DNA of 19,777 nucleotides from Verrucomicrobiales bacterium (GCA_031411295.1 JANOAV010000017.1:1-19777); one strand, 5' to 3'. Positions 1 to 10,159 are shown, counted from the first letter of the stretch. Made by a program: numbers and translations. Notes: a model not told the origin generated them from the sequence alone.

Positions 1-264
1 CGGCGAAATTGGAAAAGAATGCGGGAAGCGGCAGGGAGTTATGGGGCATCCGCCCAATCCATCAGAAGCTGGCAGGGCGCCATGGGAAATTACAGAATTC
101 CAGATATTTTTGAATCCTTAAAGGCATTGGCTTTTAAGCGGAACTCCAACGGATGTTGCTAATCTCCCCATGGAACCGTCAACTCCTCCCGGTAGCTCAT
201 GGGTTTTCCCCTCTGGAAATCATTGGCGCAGGTCAGGATGTCTGAGGCTGCTCCCGGTTCAGTC

Positions 265-288
265 GTCGGAGCCAGCGGCTCCGACTCC
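265..288 (-). repeat. GGAG-type REP-like palindrome
   Basis: Minus strand reads GGAG-TCGGAGCC-GCT-GGCTCCGA-C: perfect 8-bp stem, 3-nt loop, 28 bp after the DUF1501 stop. Differs from the copy at 14132-14155 only by two compensatory base pairs. Confidence 0.75.
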
Positions 289-316
289 TCGGTAAATAAC
301 GAGTGGGCGTGCCGAG

Positions 317-1768
317 CTACGCCAGGATCTGTTTCACCACCTTGCCCGCCACATCTGTGAGGCGGAAATCCCGACCTTGGAAACGGTAGGTGAAGCGTTC
401 GTGATCGATGCCCATGAGGTGCAGCATGGTGGCGTGGAAATCATTTACGGTCACGGGATCCTGTGCCACATTGAAGCCCAGATCATCGGTGGCTCCGTGG
501 GTGTATCCTTTTTTCACTCCGGCACCAGCCATCCAGAAGGTGAAGGCATTGCGGTGGTGGTCCCGTCCGAAGCCGCCCGTCTTACTAAGGTTGCCCTGGC
601 TAAAGGGAGTGCGGCCAAATTCCGAGCCCCAGACCACGAGGGTATCATCCAGCATCCCATGATTCTTCAAGTCTGTGATGAGACTGGCGCAAGCGCGGTC
701 TGCACTTAAGGATTGGGACGGATAGAGATCCGGCAGTCTGCCGTGATGGTCCCACCCGGGATGGTAGAGTTGAATGAAGCGCACGCCCTGCTGGGCCAAG
801 CGGCGGGCGAGGATGCAATTGGCTTCCAAGCTGCCGGATTCCTTGGCTTTGGGGCCATAGAGGTTGAAGACGGATTCCGGCTCTTTGGAAATGTCCGTGA
901 CTTCGGGCACGCTGGTCTGCATGCGGAAGGCCATTTCGTATTGGGCAATGCGGGCGGCTACCTCCGTCTCAACGGTATCTTTGGCCGCAGAGACTGCTTG
1001 TAATTCCTTCAGGGCGTCGATCGCCCGACGACTGTCCTCCAACGAGGTGCCGGCCGGAGGATTCAAATAGAGCACGGGATCATGCGCGGCTCGGAACTGC
1101 ACCCCTTGGTATTGGGTGGGGAGAAATCCACTGTCCCAGAGGCGGCAGGAGAGAGGCTGATCCACCGGATATTTACTAATCAGCGTAATGAAGGCCGGGA
1201 GGTTGTCATTCATGCTCCCGAGCCCATAGTTCAGCCACGAGCCGATGCTGGGGCGGCCCGGAAGCTGCGAGCCGGAATTCATGAAGATCATGGCCGGGTC
1301 ATGATTGACGGCATCGGACGTCATGCTCTTAATGAAGCAGATATCATCCACCACCTTGGCAGTTTCCGGCCAGCGATCACTCACCCAAGCCCCGCTCTGC
1401 CCGTGTTGTTTGAATTCATACGGGCTGCCCGCCAGATAGAAGTGCGTTTGATGGCCCGCCATGCCAGGCAGGAAATCTTTGCCCCCCCGCAGGGATTCCG
1501 GCATGTCCTGTCCCATCTTCTGCTTGAGCAGTGGCTTGTGATCAAAAGCATCGAGTTGGGATACGCCCCCGCTCATGAAGAGGAAAATGACGCGCTTCGC
1601 CTTGGGGGCGAAGTGCGGGAGGTTCCGCAGCCCGGCACTAGCCATGGCGTCCCCTCCCATGAGTTGCGTCAGAGCCATGCCACCCATGCCCATGCCGAGT
1701 CGATTTAGCAATTGGCGACGGGTCAGATTCCGCGCATCCATCGGGCCGCTGCAAAGTGAGTGATTCAT
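317..1768 (-). CDS. DUF1501 family (sulfatase-like) protein with Tat signal
   Basis: 483 aa. Twin-arginine-like N-terminus (LTRRQLL), PHFAPKAKRVIFLFMSGG, GWDHH, WGSEFGRTP, GRDHH, GRDFRLTDVAG are typical DUF1501 motifs. Lies 15 bp downstream of a DUF1549/DUF1553 gene, the usual pairing. Confidence 0.93.
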   Translation of the reverse strand: MNHSLCSGPMDARNLTRRQLLNRLGMGMGGMALTQLMGGDAMASAGLRNLPHFAPKAKRVIFLFMSGGVSQLDAFDHKPLLKQKMGQDMPESLRGGKDFLPGMAGHQTHFYLAGSPYEFKQHGQSGAWVSDRWPETAKVVDDICFIKSMTSDAVNHDPAMIFMNSGSQLPGRPSIGSWLNYGLGSMNDNLPAFITLISKYPVDQPLSCRLWDSGFLPTQYQGVQFRAAHDPVLYLNPPAGTSLEDSRRAIDALKELQAVSAAKDTVETEVAARIAQYEMAFRMQTSVPEVTDISKEPESVFNLYGPKAKESGSLEANCILARRLAQQGVRFIQLYHPGWDHHGRLPDLYPSQSLSADRACASLITDLKNHGMLDDTLVVWGSEFGRTPFSQGNLSKTGGFGRDHHRNAFTFWMAGAGVKKGYTHGATDDLGFNVAQDPVTVNDFHATMLHLMGIDHERFTYRFQGRDFRLTDVAGKVVKQILA

Positions 1769-1783
1769 CGGAGGAGAGCGTGG

Positions 1784-4700
1784 TTAATATTTGATAATAG
1801 TTTCAGGCGCATTCAGCAGGACGCGTTGCACCATGGTTAAGGCGGCCACTTCATGCGCGGGTAGATTGGCATCACTGGGATATTCGCCATTTTTCTGGAC
1901 CAGCTCGGACGCAGCGGCCGGATCGTTTCTAAAACGATCCTTTTCGCCTTCGTAATATTTGTGCAGCACCGTGAGTTCTGCATCACTAATTTTCCGACCC
2001 GTCCAGAGACGGAAGCTCTCGCTCAGTCGCACTTTTTCCTCCCGCGGATTCGCGCGGATTAAATTTTCCGCCATGACCCGGGCGCACTCCACCATCTGCG
2101 GGTCGTTCATCAACGCCAGCGATTGCATGGGAGTGGTTGTGCGGTCTCTGCGCACCTTGCAATATTCCCGCGTGGGAGCATCCAGGATCGTCATCGTGGG
2201 CGGCGGCAGGGTTCTGCGCCAGAAACTATACATGCTGCGGCGGTAAAGATTGTCCCCCTTGTCCTGCGTATAACTGTGCTGCGTGCCGCTGTCCTCCCAG
2301 AGTCCAGCCGGTTGAGCCGGGAAGACACTGGGACCACCGATGGCTTTGACCAACAACCCAGAAACGGCCAACGCCTGATCCCGAATCTGCTCCGCAGTCC
2401 ACCGATGGTGTGGTCCGCGCGCCAGGAGGCGATTCTCCGGATCCTCCGCCAGCAGCTTAGGATCCCTTGGCGCCCCGGATTGACGGTAGGTGGAACTGAG
2501 CACTAACGAACGGCAGAGGCGTTTCACATTCCATTGGTCCTGCATGAAATCAGCCGCCAGCCAGTCCAATAATTCGGGATGGCTGGGCAAGGACCCCTGG
2601 ATGCCGAAATCTTCCTGCGAAGCAACCAATCCATGGCCGAAGAACAGTTGCCAGAACCGGTTCACCGCCACCCGGGCGGTCAGCGGATTCTCCGGATGCG
2701 TGAACCACTTGCCCATGCCGACGCGATTCCGTGGCAGCTCGGCGGGCCATGGCAGGATGCTCGCTGGCATATCTGGCTGGACTTCCTCCCCCTTGGCGTC
2801 GAAGCGTCCGCTGGTTAGGATGTGTGTCTTTCGGCGCTCCCCCTCATGCTCCCGCATCACCATCATGGAGCGGACTTTTTTGGTGAAGTTGCATTCCTCC
2901 TCCAGCAAGGCATGCAACTCCTTGGCGAGAGCCGTGTTCGGCGGGTCGATTTCCCGTAGATACCACGGGAACCAGTCCTGCTGGGAGGCGTCCACTCCCG
3001 CTAGCAACTCCGCTTCAGGGGTGGTCAGGGCTCGGTCGAAGACCTTGATTTCATCGATGCAGGCATTGATCAATCCGGCGTCATTCCGCCGTCCCCCGAC
3101 TTCCAGCGCAACGATGGCGGAGAGTCCGGCATCCGCCACTTTCTTCGGGTCCAAGTCCCCGCTCTCGAATTCATAGCGCAAATCCAGGGTCAGACAGTCC
3201 CCAATGACATCGCAGTCCATTTCCTTGCCATTGAGGAAAATGTGCAGCCCAGCAGCCTTGCTGGTGCCATCATAGACGGCCAGTAAATGATGCCATTTCC
3301 CAGTGGTGATTTTTTCCTTGGCCCGAATCCGGATGCCATTGCCGGGCCAGAAGTGCGCCAGACAGAAATCCGGCCGCATCTCATCCACGAGGAATTCATA
3401 CCCCCGACTGGCGGCATCCACCGAGCCCACCGTGTGGTGGAAAATAACCGCCCGTTTCTGTTCCTGATCCATTTTCAGCCACAGGCCGATGGAGAAGGGA
3501 TCGGACCGATGATAATCTCCCGCACCTTCCCAACTCATCTTCACGTCACCCTTGAGGAAGAGCGCTTTCCCCACCGGACCGTCACGGGTCTCGATCGCGA
3601 ATTTATAACTGGCGGGCCGGTCTGGCTTCGCCAGGTTTGGTTGATCGCCTGCTCTGAGTTTCCCCTCAAACGAGACGTGATCGGTGGGTTGGGACGCCGC
3701 AGGCTTATTCCCGGCTGCCAGCCATTGCTGGAAGCGCGCTTCGGCCTCGGGTTTGAGCGCCTCCATCGCCTCGCGTTTGTCGGCAATCTTCTTCAACAAC
3801 GCCTGGTGGTCCGCCTCCTGACTTCCCTCATAGAGGAACATGGCCGGCGTGGGGACCGCATTCGTAAACCGACTGAACAGCCCCTGCTCGTCAATGTTAT
3901 TCAGGAACGCGCTGAAGGAATAGTAATCCTTCATGGAAATGGGATCATACTTGTGATCGTGGCACTTGGCGCACTCGAACGTCAGCCCCAGCAGAGCCGT
4001 GGCGGTCGTCTTGACGCGGTCATTGACATGGTCGATGCGGAATTCCTCCTCATCGCTGCCGCTTTCGTTGCTCTGCGGATGCAGGCGGTTGAAGGCCGTC
4101 GCCAACTGCATATCCACCGTGGCTTCCGGCAGCATGTCGCCACCGATCTGCCATTCGATGAACTTGTCATACGGCAGGTTCTGATTGAACATCCGGATGG
4201 CCCAATCACGATACGGAAAATTTTCCGAATCGCCATCCTCATGGCGACCATACGTGTCCGCATAACGCGCCACGTCCAGCCAGTCGTTGGCCATGCGCTC
4301 GCCAAACTGCGGGCTTGCCAGCAGGCGTTCGACTACTTTGACATAGGCATCCTCCGACTTGTCCCGGAGGAAAGCGTCCATTTCCACCACCGTGGAAGGC
4401 AGTCCCGTCAGATCCATCGTGACCCGCTTCAGCCAGCGCTCGCGGGAGGCAGTTTCGGCGGGCTCGATTTTGGCGGCCCGCAATTTCTCCAACACGAAGG
4501 CATCAAGCTCCTGTTTCACCCAGGGATCTTTGGCGGTCGCCTTGGGCACCTCAGGCTTCACAATTGGCTTGAAAGCCCAGTGGGTGTCATACTTCGCGCC
4601 TTGAGAAATCCACGTCTGCAACAACTGCCGCTCCTCTGGCTTCAGCTCCAAATGAGATTCCGGCGGGGGCATGACTTCCTCCGGGTCCTGCGTGACGAGG

Positions 4701-5047
4701 CGCTTCCAGAACTCACTAGTCTCCGTCTCCCCCGGCTTGAGGACCTTGGCATGGGCTTCCTGCTCCAAATCCAAACGTAATTTCCCCTTCCGGGCCTTGG
4801 CATCCGGACCATGGCATTTGAAACAAGCGTTGGCCAAAATCGGCCGCACCTGAAAGTTGTAGCTGATGGGCGGCGGCGGGGCGTCCGGCGTTTTCTTCAC
4901 CGTCTTGGTCGATCCCGCGGCCTGTTTCCCCGACGGCTTTGCCGGGGCGCTCTTCTCTTTGGCAGCCTCAGCGGACACCAAGCAGGCGCTGAGTCCCAGG
5001 AAACAGCTTAAAGCTTTGAATGAGTTGGTGTGTTTTGGCAAAAACAT
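1784..5047 (-). CDS. Planctomycete cytochrome c (PSCyt1) / DUF1549 / LamG-like / DUF1553 (PSD1) multidomain protein
   Basis: Heme motifs CFKCH and CAKCHDHKYDP; HWAF..P; WLDVARYADT; concanavalin/LamG-like middle (WHHLLAVYDG, IDEIKVFDRAL); NPLTARVAVNRFWQ, PSHPELLDWLA, RRSMY. Start placed at ATG 5047 (MFLPKHT..., followed by a signal-like hydrophobic stretch) rather than 5116. Confidence 0.92.
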   Translation of the reverse strand: MFLPKHTNSFKALSCFLGLSACLVSAEAAKEKSAPAKPSGKQAAGSTKTVKKTPDAPPPPISYNFQVRPILANACFKCHGPDAKARKGKLRLDLEQEAHAKVLKPGETETSEFWKRLVTQDPEEVMPPPESHLELKPEERQLLQTWISQGAKYDTHWAFKPIVKPEVPKATAKDPWVKQELDAFVLEKLRAAKIEPAETASRERWLKRVTMDLTGLPSTVVEMDAFLRDKSEDAYVKVVERLLASPQFGERMANDWLDVARYADTYGRHEDGDSENFPYRDWAIRMFNQNLPYDKFIEWQIGGDMLPEATVDMQLATAFNRLHPQSNESGSDEEEFRIDHVNDRVKTTATALLGLTFECAKCHDHKYDPISMKDYYSFSAFLNNIDEQGLFSRFTNAVPTPAMFLYEGSQEADHQALLKKIADKREAMEALKPEAEARFQQWLAAGNKPAASQPTDHVSFEGKLRAGDQPNLAKPDRPASYKFAIETRDGPVGKALFLKGDVKMSWEGAGDYHRSDPFSIGLWLKMDQEQKRAVIFHHTVGSVDAASRGYEFLVDEMRPDFCLAHFWPGNGIRIRAKEKITTGKWHHLLAVYDGTSKAAGLHIFLNGKEMDCDVIGDCLTLDLRYEFESGDLDPKKVADAGLSAIVALEVGGRRNDAGLINACIDEIKVFDRALTTPEAELLAGVDASQQDWFPWYLREIDPPNTALAKELHALLEEECNFTKKVRSMMVMREHEGERRKTHILTSGRFDAKGEEVQPDMPASILPWPAELPRNRVGMGKWFTHPENPLTARVAVNRFWQLFFGHGLVASQEDFGIQGSLPSHPELLDWLAADFMQDQWNVKRLCRSLVLSSTYRQSGAPRDPKLLAEDPENRLLARGPHHRWTAEQIRDQALAVSGLLVKAIGGPSVFPAQPAGLWEDSGTQHSYTQDKGDNLYRRSMYSFWRRTLPPPTMTILDAPTREYCKVRRDRTTTPMQSLALMNDPQMVECARVMAENLIRANPREEKVRLSESFRLWTGRKISDAELTVLHKYYEGEKDRFRNDPAAASELVQKNGEYPSDANLPAHEVAALTMVQRVLLNAPETIIKY

Positions 5048-5226
5048 GATAGTTACTTTGTCACCCTTAAATACAGATGAAGAGGGGTGGGAAGCAAACC
5101 CCATGCAACTTACCATGTCAACTCCGGGTGCTCACCAGAAAAGGTGATCCATCCTGTTTAAGATGTCTTAAACGTAATCTACAAACACAAGGTTAAGCCT
5201 GTCGGACGAGCTGAACCAATCCTGCT

Positions 5227-6084
5227 TCACGGCTGGGTGGCCTCGTCTTCGACATCAGCGGGGATTTCCTCGGCTGGCAATGGCTCAGCAACGGCGGGAG
5301 CAGGGAGATTCTTGCTCTGGAGATAACTAACTTCGAATTTGAAATACGTGGCCGAGATGCCATACGGATCCGGCTCGTTTTTGTCCGTCACATAGACCCA
5401 ACCGTAACGTTGGGTGATGGCACGATCGATAATGCTGTTGAGTAAGTTTCCCTTCGCGCTGTAAACGATGGTGCCCAGTCGGTTGGCTGGAAGGGTGGCC
5501 GTCCACGTGGGTTGCGTGTAGGTCTGCCAACCGTCGGCGTAGGCATCCTCGAAGGTGATGATGACATCCGTCAGGCCAGCGTAGCCTTCGGCGGCTCCCT
5601 GCCCGGGATTGCCTACGATGCTCAGCCCCTGGCTGATCGCGCGATTTCTCAGCGTGCGGTAGTAGGCGAGTTTCCCGGTGGAGCCGGCCATTTCATCCAG
5701 AAAATATCCGCCGACGTTATACCAACGGAGGTATTTATCCATCTGCCGCTGGACTTGATTGAGCGGCTGATTGCCGTAGCCGGTGGCCACGTAACCGACG
5801 ATTTTGGCCCCGGCGGCCTTCAGCGCGGCCACTTTGGCCGCAATAAAGTGGTCCTTGCGCTCGCCCACGCCATCATCGGGATTAATAATAGCGATGACAG
5901 GCACGACTTTGGCTGCCTCCAAAGCGGCAGCGAACTGCACGGTGGTATTGCCGTAGAGCGGTAAAATAAGCCCAGTGGCTGAGGCCGGAGCAGGAATGGC
6001 TGGAGCCGATATCGCCTGCGCCCCAGCAATCTCGGGAAGACCAAGGCTGAGGACAGTAAGCAGGGGCAGGATGAGGCGTTTCAT
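5227..6084 (-). CDS. Spherulation-specific family 4 (spherulin-4 / GH135-like) secreted glycoside hydrolase
   Basis: Signal peptide MKRLILPLLTVLSLGLPEIAGA from ATG 6084; motifs LILPLY, AIINPDDG, GYVATGYG, GYFLDE, VGNPG, DVIITFED match spherulin-4; acidic Pro/Ala tail. The longer 6300 start overlaps the divergent gene and is rejected. Confidence 0.85.
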   Translation of the reverse strand: MKRLILPLLTVLSLGLPEIAGAQAISAPAIPAPASATGLILPLYGNTTVQFAAALEAAKVVPVIAIINPDDGVGERKDHFIAAKVAALKAAGAKIVGYVATGYGNQPLNQVQRQMDKYLRWYNVGGYFLDEMAGSTGKLAYYRTLRNRAISQGLSIVGNPGQGAAEGYAGLTDVIITFEDAYADGWQTYTQPTWTATLPANRLGTIVYSAKGNLLNSIIDRAITQRYGWVYVTDKNEPDPYGISATYFKFEVSYLQSKNLPAPAVAEPLPAEEIPADVEDEATQP

Positions 6085-6157
6085 GGGAAATTGAGGCTGG
6101 AGACGGGATGAAATTTTATTGTAAATCCGCTTCCGTCCAGCGACTTCAGACACGATC

Positions 6158-8212
6158 ATGGCCATTTCGTTCAACGTGAGCAAGCCAATTTCGCAAATTA
6201 TTCCCCAGTCACCCGGCCCGACCATTCCGGTGCACGGACTGTATTTGCCGGAGGTGGATTTGTGGCTGGACCCGCATCGCTCGAAGCGCCTGGCCGTCAT
6301 TACCCATGCCCACGCAGATCACGTGGCCTCCCACGAAACGGTTATCTGCACCCCTGCGACCGCGGCCCTGCTGCGGGCGCGCTACAGTCACAAGGGCGCG
6401 CAGGTGGAATTGGAATATCACACGCCATATGCTCTGGGGCCGTATTTGCTGGAGCTGCTGCCCGCCGGCCATGTCCTGGGTTCGGCCATGGTCCATGTGA
6501 CTCGCACGGCCGATGGGGCGACACTTTTATATACGGGCGATTTCAAATTGCGCACTTCGCCCACGGCCGAACCCGCCGTTCCGAAGCAGGCGGATACGTT
6601 GATTATGGAAACGACGTTTGGCCTGCCGCACTACGTCTTCCCGCCGGAGCAAGCGGTGCGGGACGAAGTGGTTGCGTGGTGTCGTTCCGCTCTGGCGGCG
6701 GGCGAAACGCCGTTGCTGCTGGGATACTCGCTGGGCAAGGCGCAGGAAATTCTCGCCCTCCTCACGGGCTCAGATTTGCCCATTGCGGTGCACGAGACGG
6801 TCTGGAAAATGTGTCAGGTCTATGAATCACGCGGCATTTCGTTTCCTCCGTATGCGAGATTTTCACCCAGTGCGGGGGCCGGGCACGTGATCATTCTGCC
6901 GCCAATGGTCGTGAAGAATCCCGAGTTCCAGTCCCTGCCCAATCCCGTCTCCGCCATGCTCAGCGGCTGGGCGATGGATTCCCGAGCGCGCTATCAGACC
7001 GGCTCGGACTTGGTCCTGCCGCTGAGTGACCACGCAGATTATCCGGGGTTGCTGGAACTGGTGCGCTTGGTGCAGCCGAAGTTGGTGCTGACCACGCATG
7101 GATTCGCAGCAGAGTTTGCGCAGGACTTGCGACGGCGGGGGCAGGAGGCGTGGATGCTGCAGGGCACCGAACAACTCGAACTCCAACTGACGGCAGCTCC
7201 CGCAGCGGTCAATGTAATCGCGCCATCGATCGCAGTAAAAACTCCGTTTCTCGAATGGTTGACGTTTGCGGAGGAACTGGGCGCCCTGCGCACCCCGACC
7301 CAGAAAGAAGCGCGACTCTCGCAGCACCTAGGATCACTGGAGCCAGATCTCCTCCGCTGGCATGTGGACTGGCTCGCGGGGGCTAGGGCAACGAACTCCC
7401 AGCGGCCGCACTGGAGTCATCTGCGGTCCGCAGTGCTGGCTATCACGGGTTGGCATCTGTCAGCATACCGCGCGCTGACCCAGCAGCTAGCGGATGCCTC
7501 GCTGGCCTTGCCAACTGCCTTGGCTCAAGTGCCGCGTCTGGCTCCGAGCCAAGAATTTACCTTGGAGGAATTGCTGGAACGGACCGAGGCCGTATTGCAC
7601 TCCCCCACCCCGGCGGATAAAATTTATCTGCTTACCAAGCTCTTCCGGGAAGTGGCACCCGCCGAGGCTCATGGCATTGCGCGGTGGCTCAGTGGAGACC
7701 CTGCGCTCATGTGCCACGGCTCCATTTTGGTGAACGTCCTTTCCAGCATAACCGGCGTGACTATCGCAGCGCTTCACGCCTCGTGGTGGATGCTGGGGAG
7801 TTGGGGGCAATGTGCGGCCGCCGCGCTGGCGGGCGACCTTGCATCCCTGCGGATGCAAGTGTTCCGGCCCGTGATCGCTGCGTTGCCCAAATCCAGCGCA
7901 GACCAACCGATTCAGATTCACCACCAAGCCGGGCGCGTGGAAATTTATGATATCAACCGATCGCTGGTGTCGGCTGAATTTCCTGCCCTGGTGGCACTAG
8001 CACACCGACTGCCACACGATGCCATTCTCCTCGGCACGGTTCCTGCCGCCAGCTCATCAAGGTTGCCGCAGCACGATTTCCTGACCCCACCGCAATCGAT
8101 GAAATTCCAACCGCTGGACCTGCTCTGGTGGCGCGGCACCAGCCTCGCTCACCTCCCTGCAAATGAACGCGCCCGCCAACTTCAGGAAGCAATGGCATCA
8201 CTCCTGCCATAA
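6158..8212 (+). CDS. MBL-fold/beta-CASP nuclease (ligase-associated exonuclease type) fused to a degenerate, truncated ATP-dependent DNA ligase
   Basis: N-half has THAHADH, AGHVLGS, YTGD, METTFG, GYSLGKAQE, LSDHADY, THG. C-half resembles a ligase DNA-binding domain plus part of an adenylation domain (FRPV...IQIHH..GRVEIY...FP.L...DAIL, LDLLWWRG.SL..LP..ER..L). Exact start uncertain. Confidence 0.85.
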   Translation: MAISFNVSKPISQIIPQSPGPTIPVHGLYLPEVDLWLDPHRSKRLAVITHAHADHVASHETVICTPATAALLRARYSHKGAQVELEYHTPYALGPYLLELLPAGHVLGSAMVHVTRTADGATLLYTGDFKLRTSPTAEPAVPKQADTLIMETTFGLPHYVFPPEQAVRDEVVAWCRSALAAGETPLLLGYSLGKAQEILALLTGSDLPIAVHETVWKMCQVYESRGISFPPYARFSPSAGAGHVIILPPMVVKNPEFQSLPNPVSAMLSGWAMDSRARYQTGSDLVLPLSDHADYPGLLELVRLVQPKLVLTTHGFAAEFAQDLRRRGQEAWMLQGTEQLELQLTAAPAAVNVIAPSIAVKTPFLEWLTFAEELGALRTPTQKEARLSQHLGSLEPDLLRWHVDWLAGARATNSQRPHWSHLRSAVLAITGWHLSAYRALTQQLADASLALPTALAQVPRLAPSQEFTLEELLERTEAVLHSPTPADKIYLLTKLFREVAPAEAHGIARWLSGDPALMCHGSILVNVLSSITGVTIAALHASWWMLGSWGQCAAAALAGDLASLRMQVFRPVIAALPKSSADQPIQIHHQAGRVEIYDINRSLVSAEFPALVALAHRLPHDAILLGTVPAASSSRLPQHDFLTPPQSMKFQPLDLLWWRGTSLAHLPANERARQLQEAMASLLP

Positions 8213-8251
8213 CTTCGGTTGCCTCCTGCCCATTTCTAACTTTCCTATCGT

Positions 8252-10126
8252 ATGCTTTTTCGTCGCCTTCTTAAATACGCCCGCCTCTCGCCTGGCATGG
8301 CGCTGCTCTTGTTGTTGCTCACCGTGGTGGACAGCTTGTGGGCCCCCGTTTTCCCCAAAGTCACGGCCTACATTCAGGACGGCGTGATCGGCAGCAAAAC
8401 CACCACCACCGATAGCTGGTTCGGCAGTCTCGGGGCGCGGCACAGCGACAAATTCACCCTGCTGGCGTGGATGATCGGCCTCTGTGTCACGGTCGGTTTA
8501 GTCCGGGACATCCTAGCCTTTTTCCGCTGCCGCGTCAGCGGGAAATTCGGGCAAATGATCTCGTTCAACATTCGGGAGGCCGTTTACAACAAACTCCAAC
8601 GATTGCCCGTGAAGTGGTTCGACAGCCAGCGCACGGGCGATATTATGACCCGGGTGGCGGACGATGTCCCGGCCATGGAGCGGCTGTTAAATGAAGGCAT
8701 GGAAACGACCGCCCGCCTCGTCCTGCAAGTTGTCGTGGTGGCCGCCACGTTGTTCTCCATCAATTCTTCGCTGACTCTGGTGGCCATGATTCCAGTGCCT
8801 TTCCTTATCGTGGGCGGCTATTTTTCAAACAAGCCATCGCGCGAAGTGCAGCGCGGAGCCCGGGAGGCCTCGTCTGGGCTGAACTCGCTGGTCAATGACA
8901 ATGTCAATGGCATGCGGCAGATCAAGGCCTACCATTTACTGGATCAGGAACTAACCCGCTTCAACAAGGCCAGCGAAACGCTGCGCCAAGCGAATCTGCG
9001 CGTGAATTTCTTCTGGGCCGTGCTCGGCCCCATCATGGGAAACATCGTCGCGCTGGGGTATGCCTCGGTGTTGGGATATGGCGGCTACCTCTGTCTTCAC
9101 GGGGTCATCGCACCCGGGGACATGACCGCCTACCTCTTGCTGCTGTGGGCTTTCTACGATCCCATTCAGCGCATCAAAGACCTCCAACAGATGCTGCAAT
9201 CGGCCAAAGTCTCCTCCGAGCGCGTCTTCCAAATTCTCGATACCGCCGACGAAGTGGACTTAACTGATGGCAAGCCCGTGACCAACCTGCGCGGCCATGT
9301 GAAGTTCGATCACGTTTCCTTCTCCTACGCCGACCGCCCTACCCTCAAGGAAGTCAGCTTGGAAGCCCAGCCGGGGGAAACCATCGCCTTGGTCGGATCC
9401 AGCGGAGCCGGGAAATCCACCATCCTCTATCTCCTCGCCCGCTTCTACGAATACGATGCCGGTTCCGTCACGCTGGATGGCCAGGAACTGAAAGACATCA
9501 GCAAAGGCAGCCTGCGCCAAGGCCTAGGCTACGTCACCCAGGAAGCATTCCTTTTCAATGGCACGATTCGGGAAAATCTGCGCATCGCCAAAGCGGATGC
9601 CACCGACGACGAACTCTGGGCCGCCCTCCGCGCGGCCAATGGCGAAGCGTTCGTGAAACGCCAGCCCGAAGGGCTCGACACCCAGACCGGAGAGCGCGGA
9701 GTGAAACTTTCCGGCGGGGAGAAACAGCGCATTTCCATCGCCCGCGTCCTCCTCAAGAATCCCGCCATCCTCCTACTGGACGAAGCCACCGCCAGCGTGG
9801 ATAACGAAACCGAGCGCCTCATCCAGGAAGCGCTGGACCGCCTTATGAAAGGGCGCACCGCGTTCGTCATCGCCCATCGCCTCAGCACCATCCGCAACGC
9901 CCATCGCATCTACGTCATGGATCAGGGCCGCGTCGTCGAAAGTGGCCAACACGACGATCTCGTCCACGCCGGCGGTCTCTACGCCAAACTTTGCCAGACC
10001 TCCTTCCGCGAAGATCCCGTCACTCCGGCACCCACCCCCTCCTCCACCAATCCAGAGCCCACCGACCGCCTGCCATTTCAAGCCCTCTACGAACCGCTCC
10101 CGGGAGAAATGCCGCGCATCCCCTAG
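8252..10126 (+). CDS. ABC exporter, fused permease/ATP-binding protein (MsbA/Sav1866-like)
   Basis: N-terminal transmembrane domain (TGDIMTRV); Walker A GSSGAGKS, Q-loop VTQE, signature LSGGEKQR, Walker B ILLLDEAT, H-loop AHRL. Confidence 0.95.
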   Translation: MLFRRLLKYARLSPGMALLLLLLTVVDSLWAPVFPKVTAYIQDGVIGSKTTTTDSWFGSLGARHSDKFTLLAWMIGLCVTVGLVRDILAFFRCRVSGKFGQMISFNIREAVYNKLQRLPVKWFDSQRTGDIMTRVADDVPAMERLLNEGMETTARLVLQVVVVAATLFSINSSLTLVAMIPVPFLIVGGYFSNKPSREVQRGAREASSGLNSLVNDNVNGMRQIKAYHLLDQELTRFNKASETLRQANLRVNFFWAVLGPIMGNIVALGYASVLGYGGYLCLHGVIAPGDMTAYLLLLWAFYDPIQRIKDLQQMLQSAKVSSERVFQILDTADEVDLTDGKPVTNLRGHVKFDHVSFSYADRPTLKEVSLEAQPGETIALVGSSGAGKSTILYLLARFYEYDAGSVTLDGQELKDISKGSLRQGLGYVTQEAFLFNGTIRENLRIAKADATDDELWAALRAANGEAFVKRQPEGLDTQTGERGVKLSGGEKQRISIARVLLKNPAILLLDEATASVDNETERLIQEALDRLMKGRTAFVIAHRLSTIRNAHRIYVMDQGRVVESGQHDDLVHAGGLYAKLCQTSFREDPVTPAPTPSSTNPEPTDRLPFQALYEPLPGEMPRIP

Positions 10127-10136
10127 CCCCAGCATA

Positions 10137-10159
10137 GGAGGGTGGACGTTCCGTCCACC
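10137..10159 (+). repeat. GGAG-type REP-like palindrome
   Basis: GGAG-GGTGGACG-TTC-CGTCCACC: perfect 8-bp stem, 3-nt loop, 10 bp after the ABC stop; no U-tract. Confidence 0.7.

Noticed and set aside
1..49. Possible minus-strand gene start (MPHNSLPLPAFFSNFA...) running off the window edge
   Set aside because: Only 16 codons visible; no motif to support it.
3287..4780. 497-aa plus-strand ORF
   Set aside because: Antisense shadow of the DUF1549/DUF1553 gene in GC-rich DNA; no recognisable motifs.
6085..6300. N-terminal extension of the spherulin-4 ORF
   Set aside because: Overlaps the divergent nuclease gene; a clean signal peptide begins at 6084.
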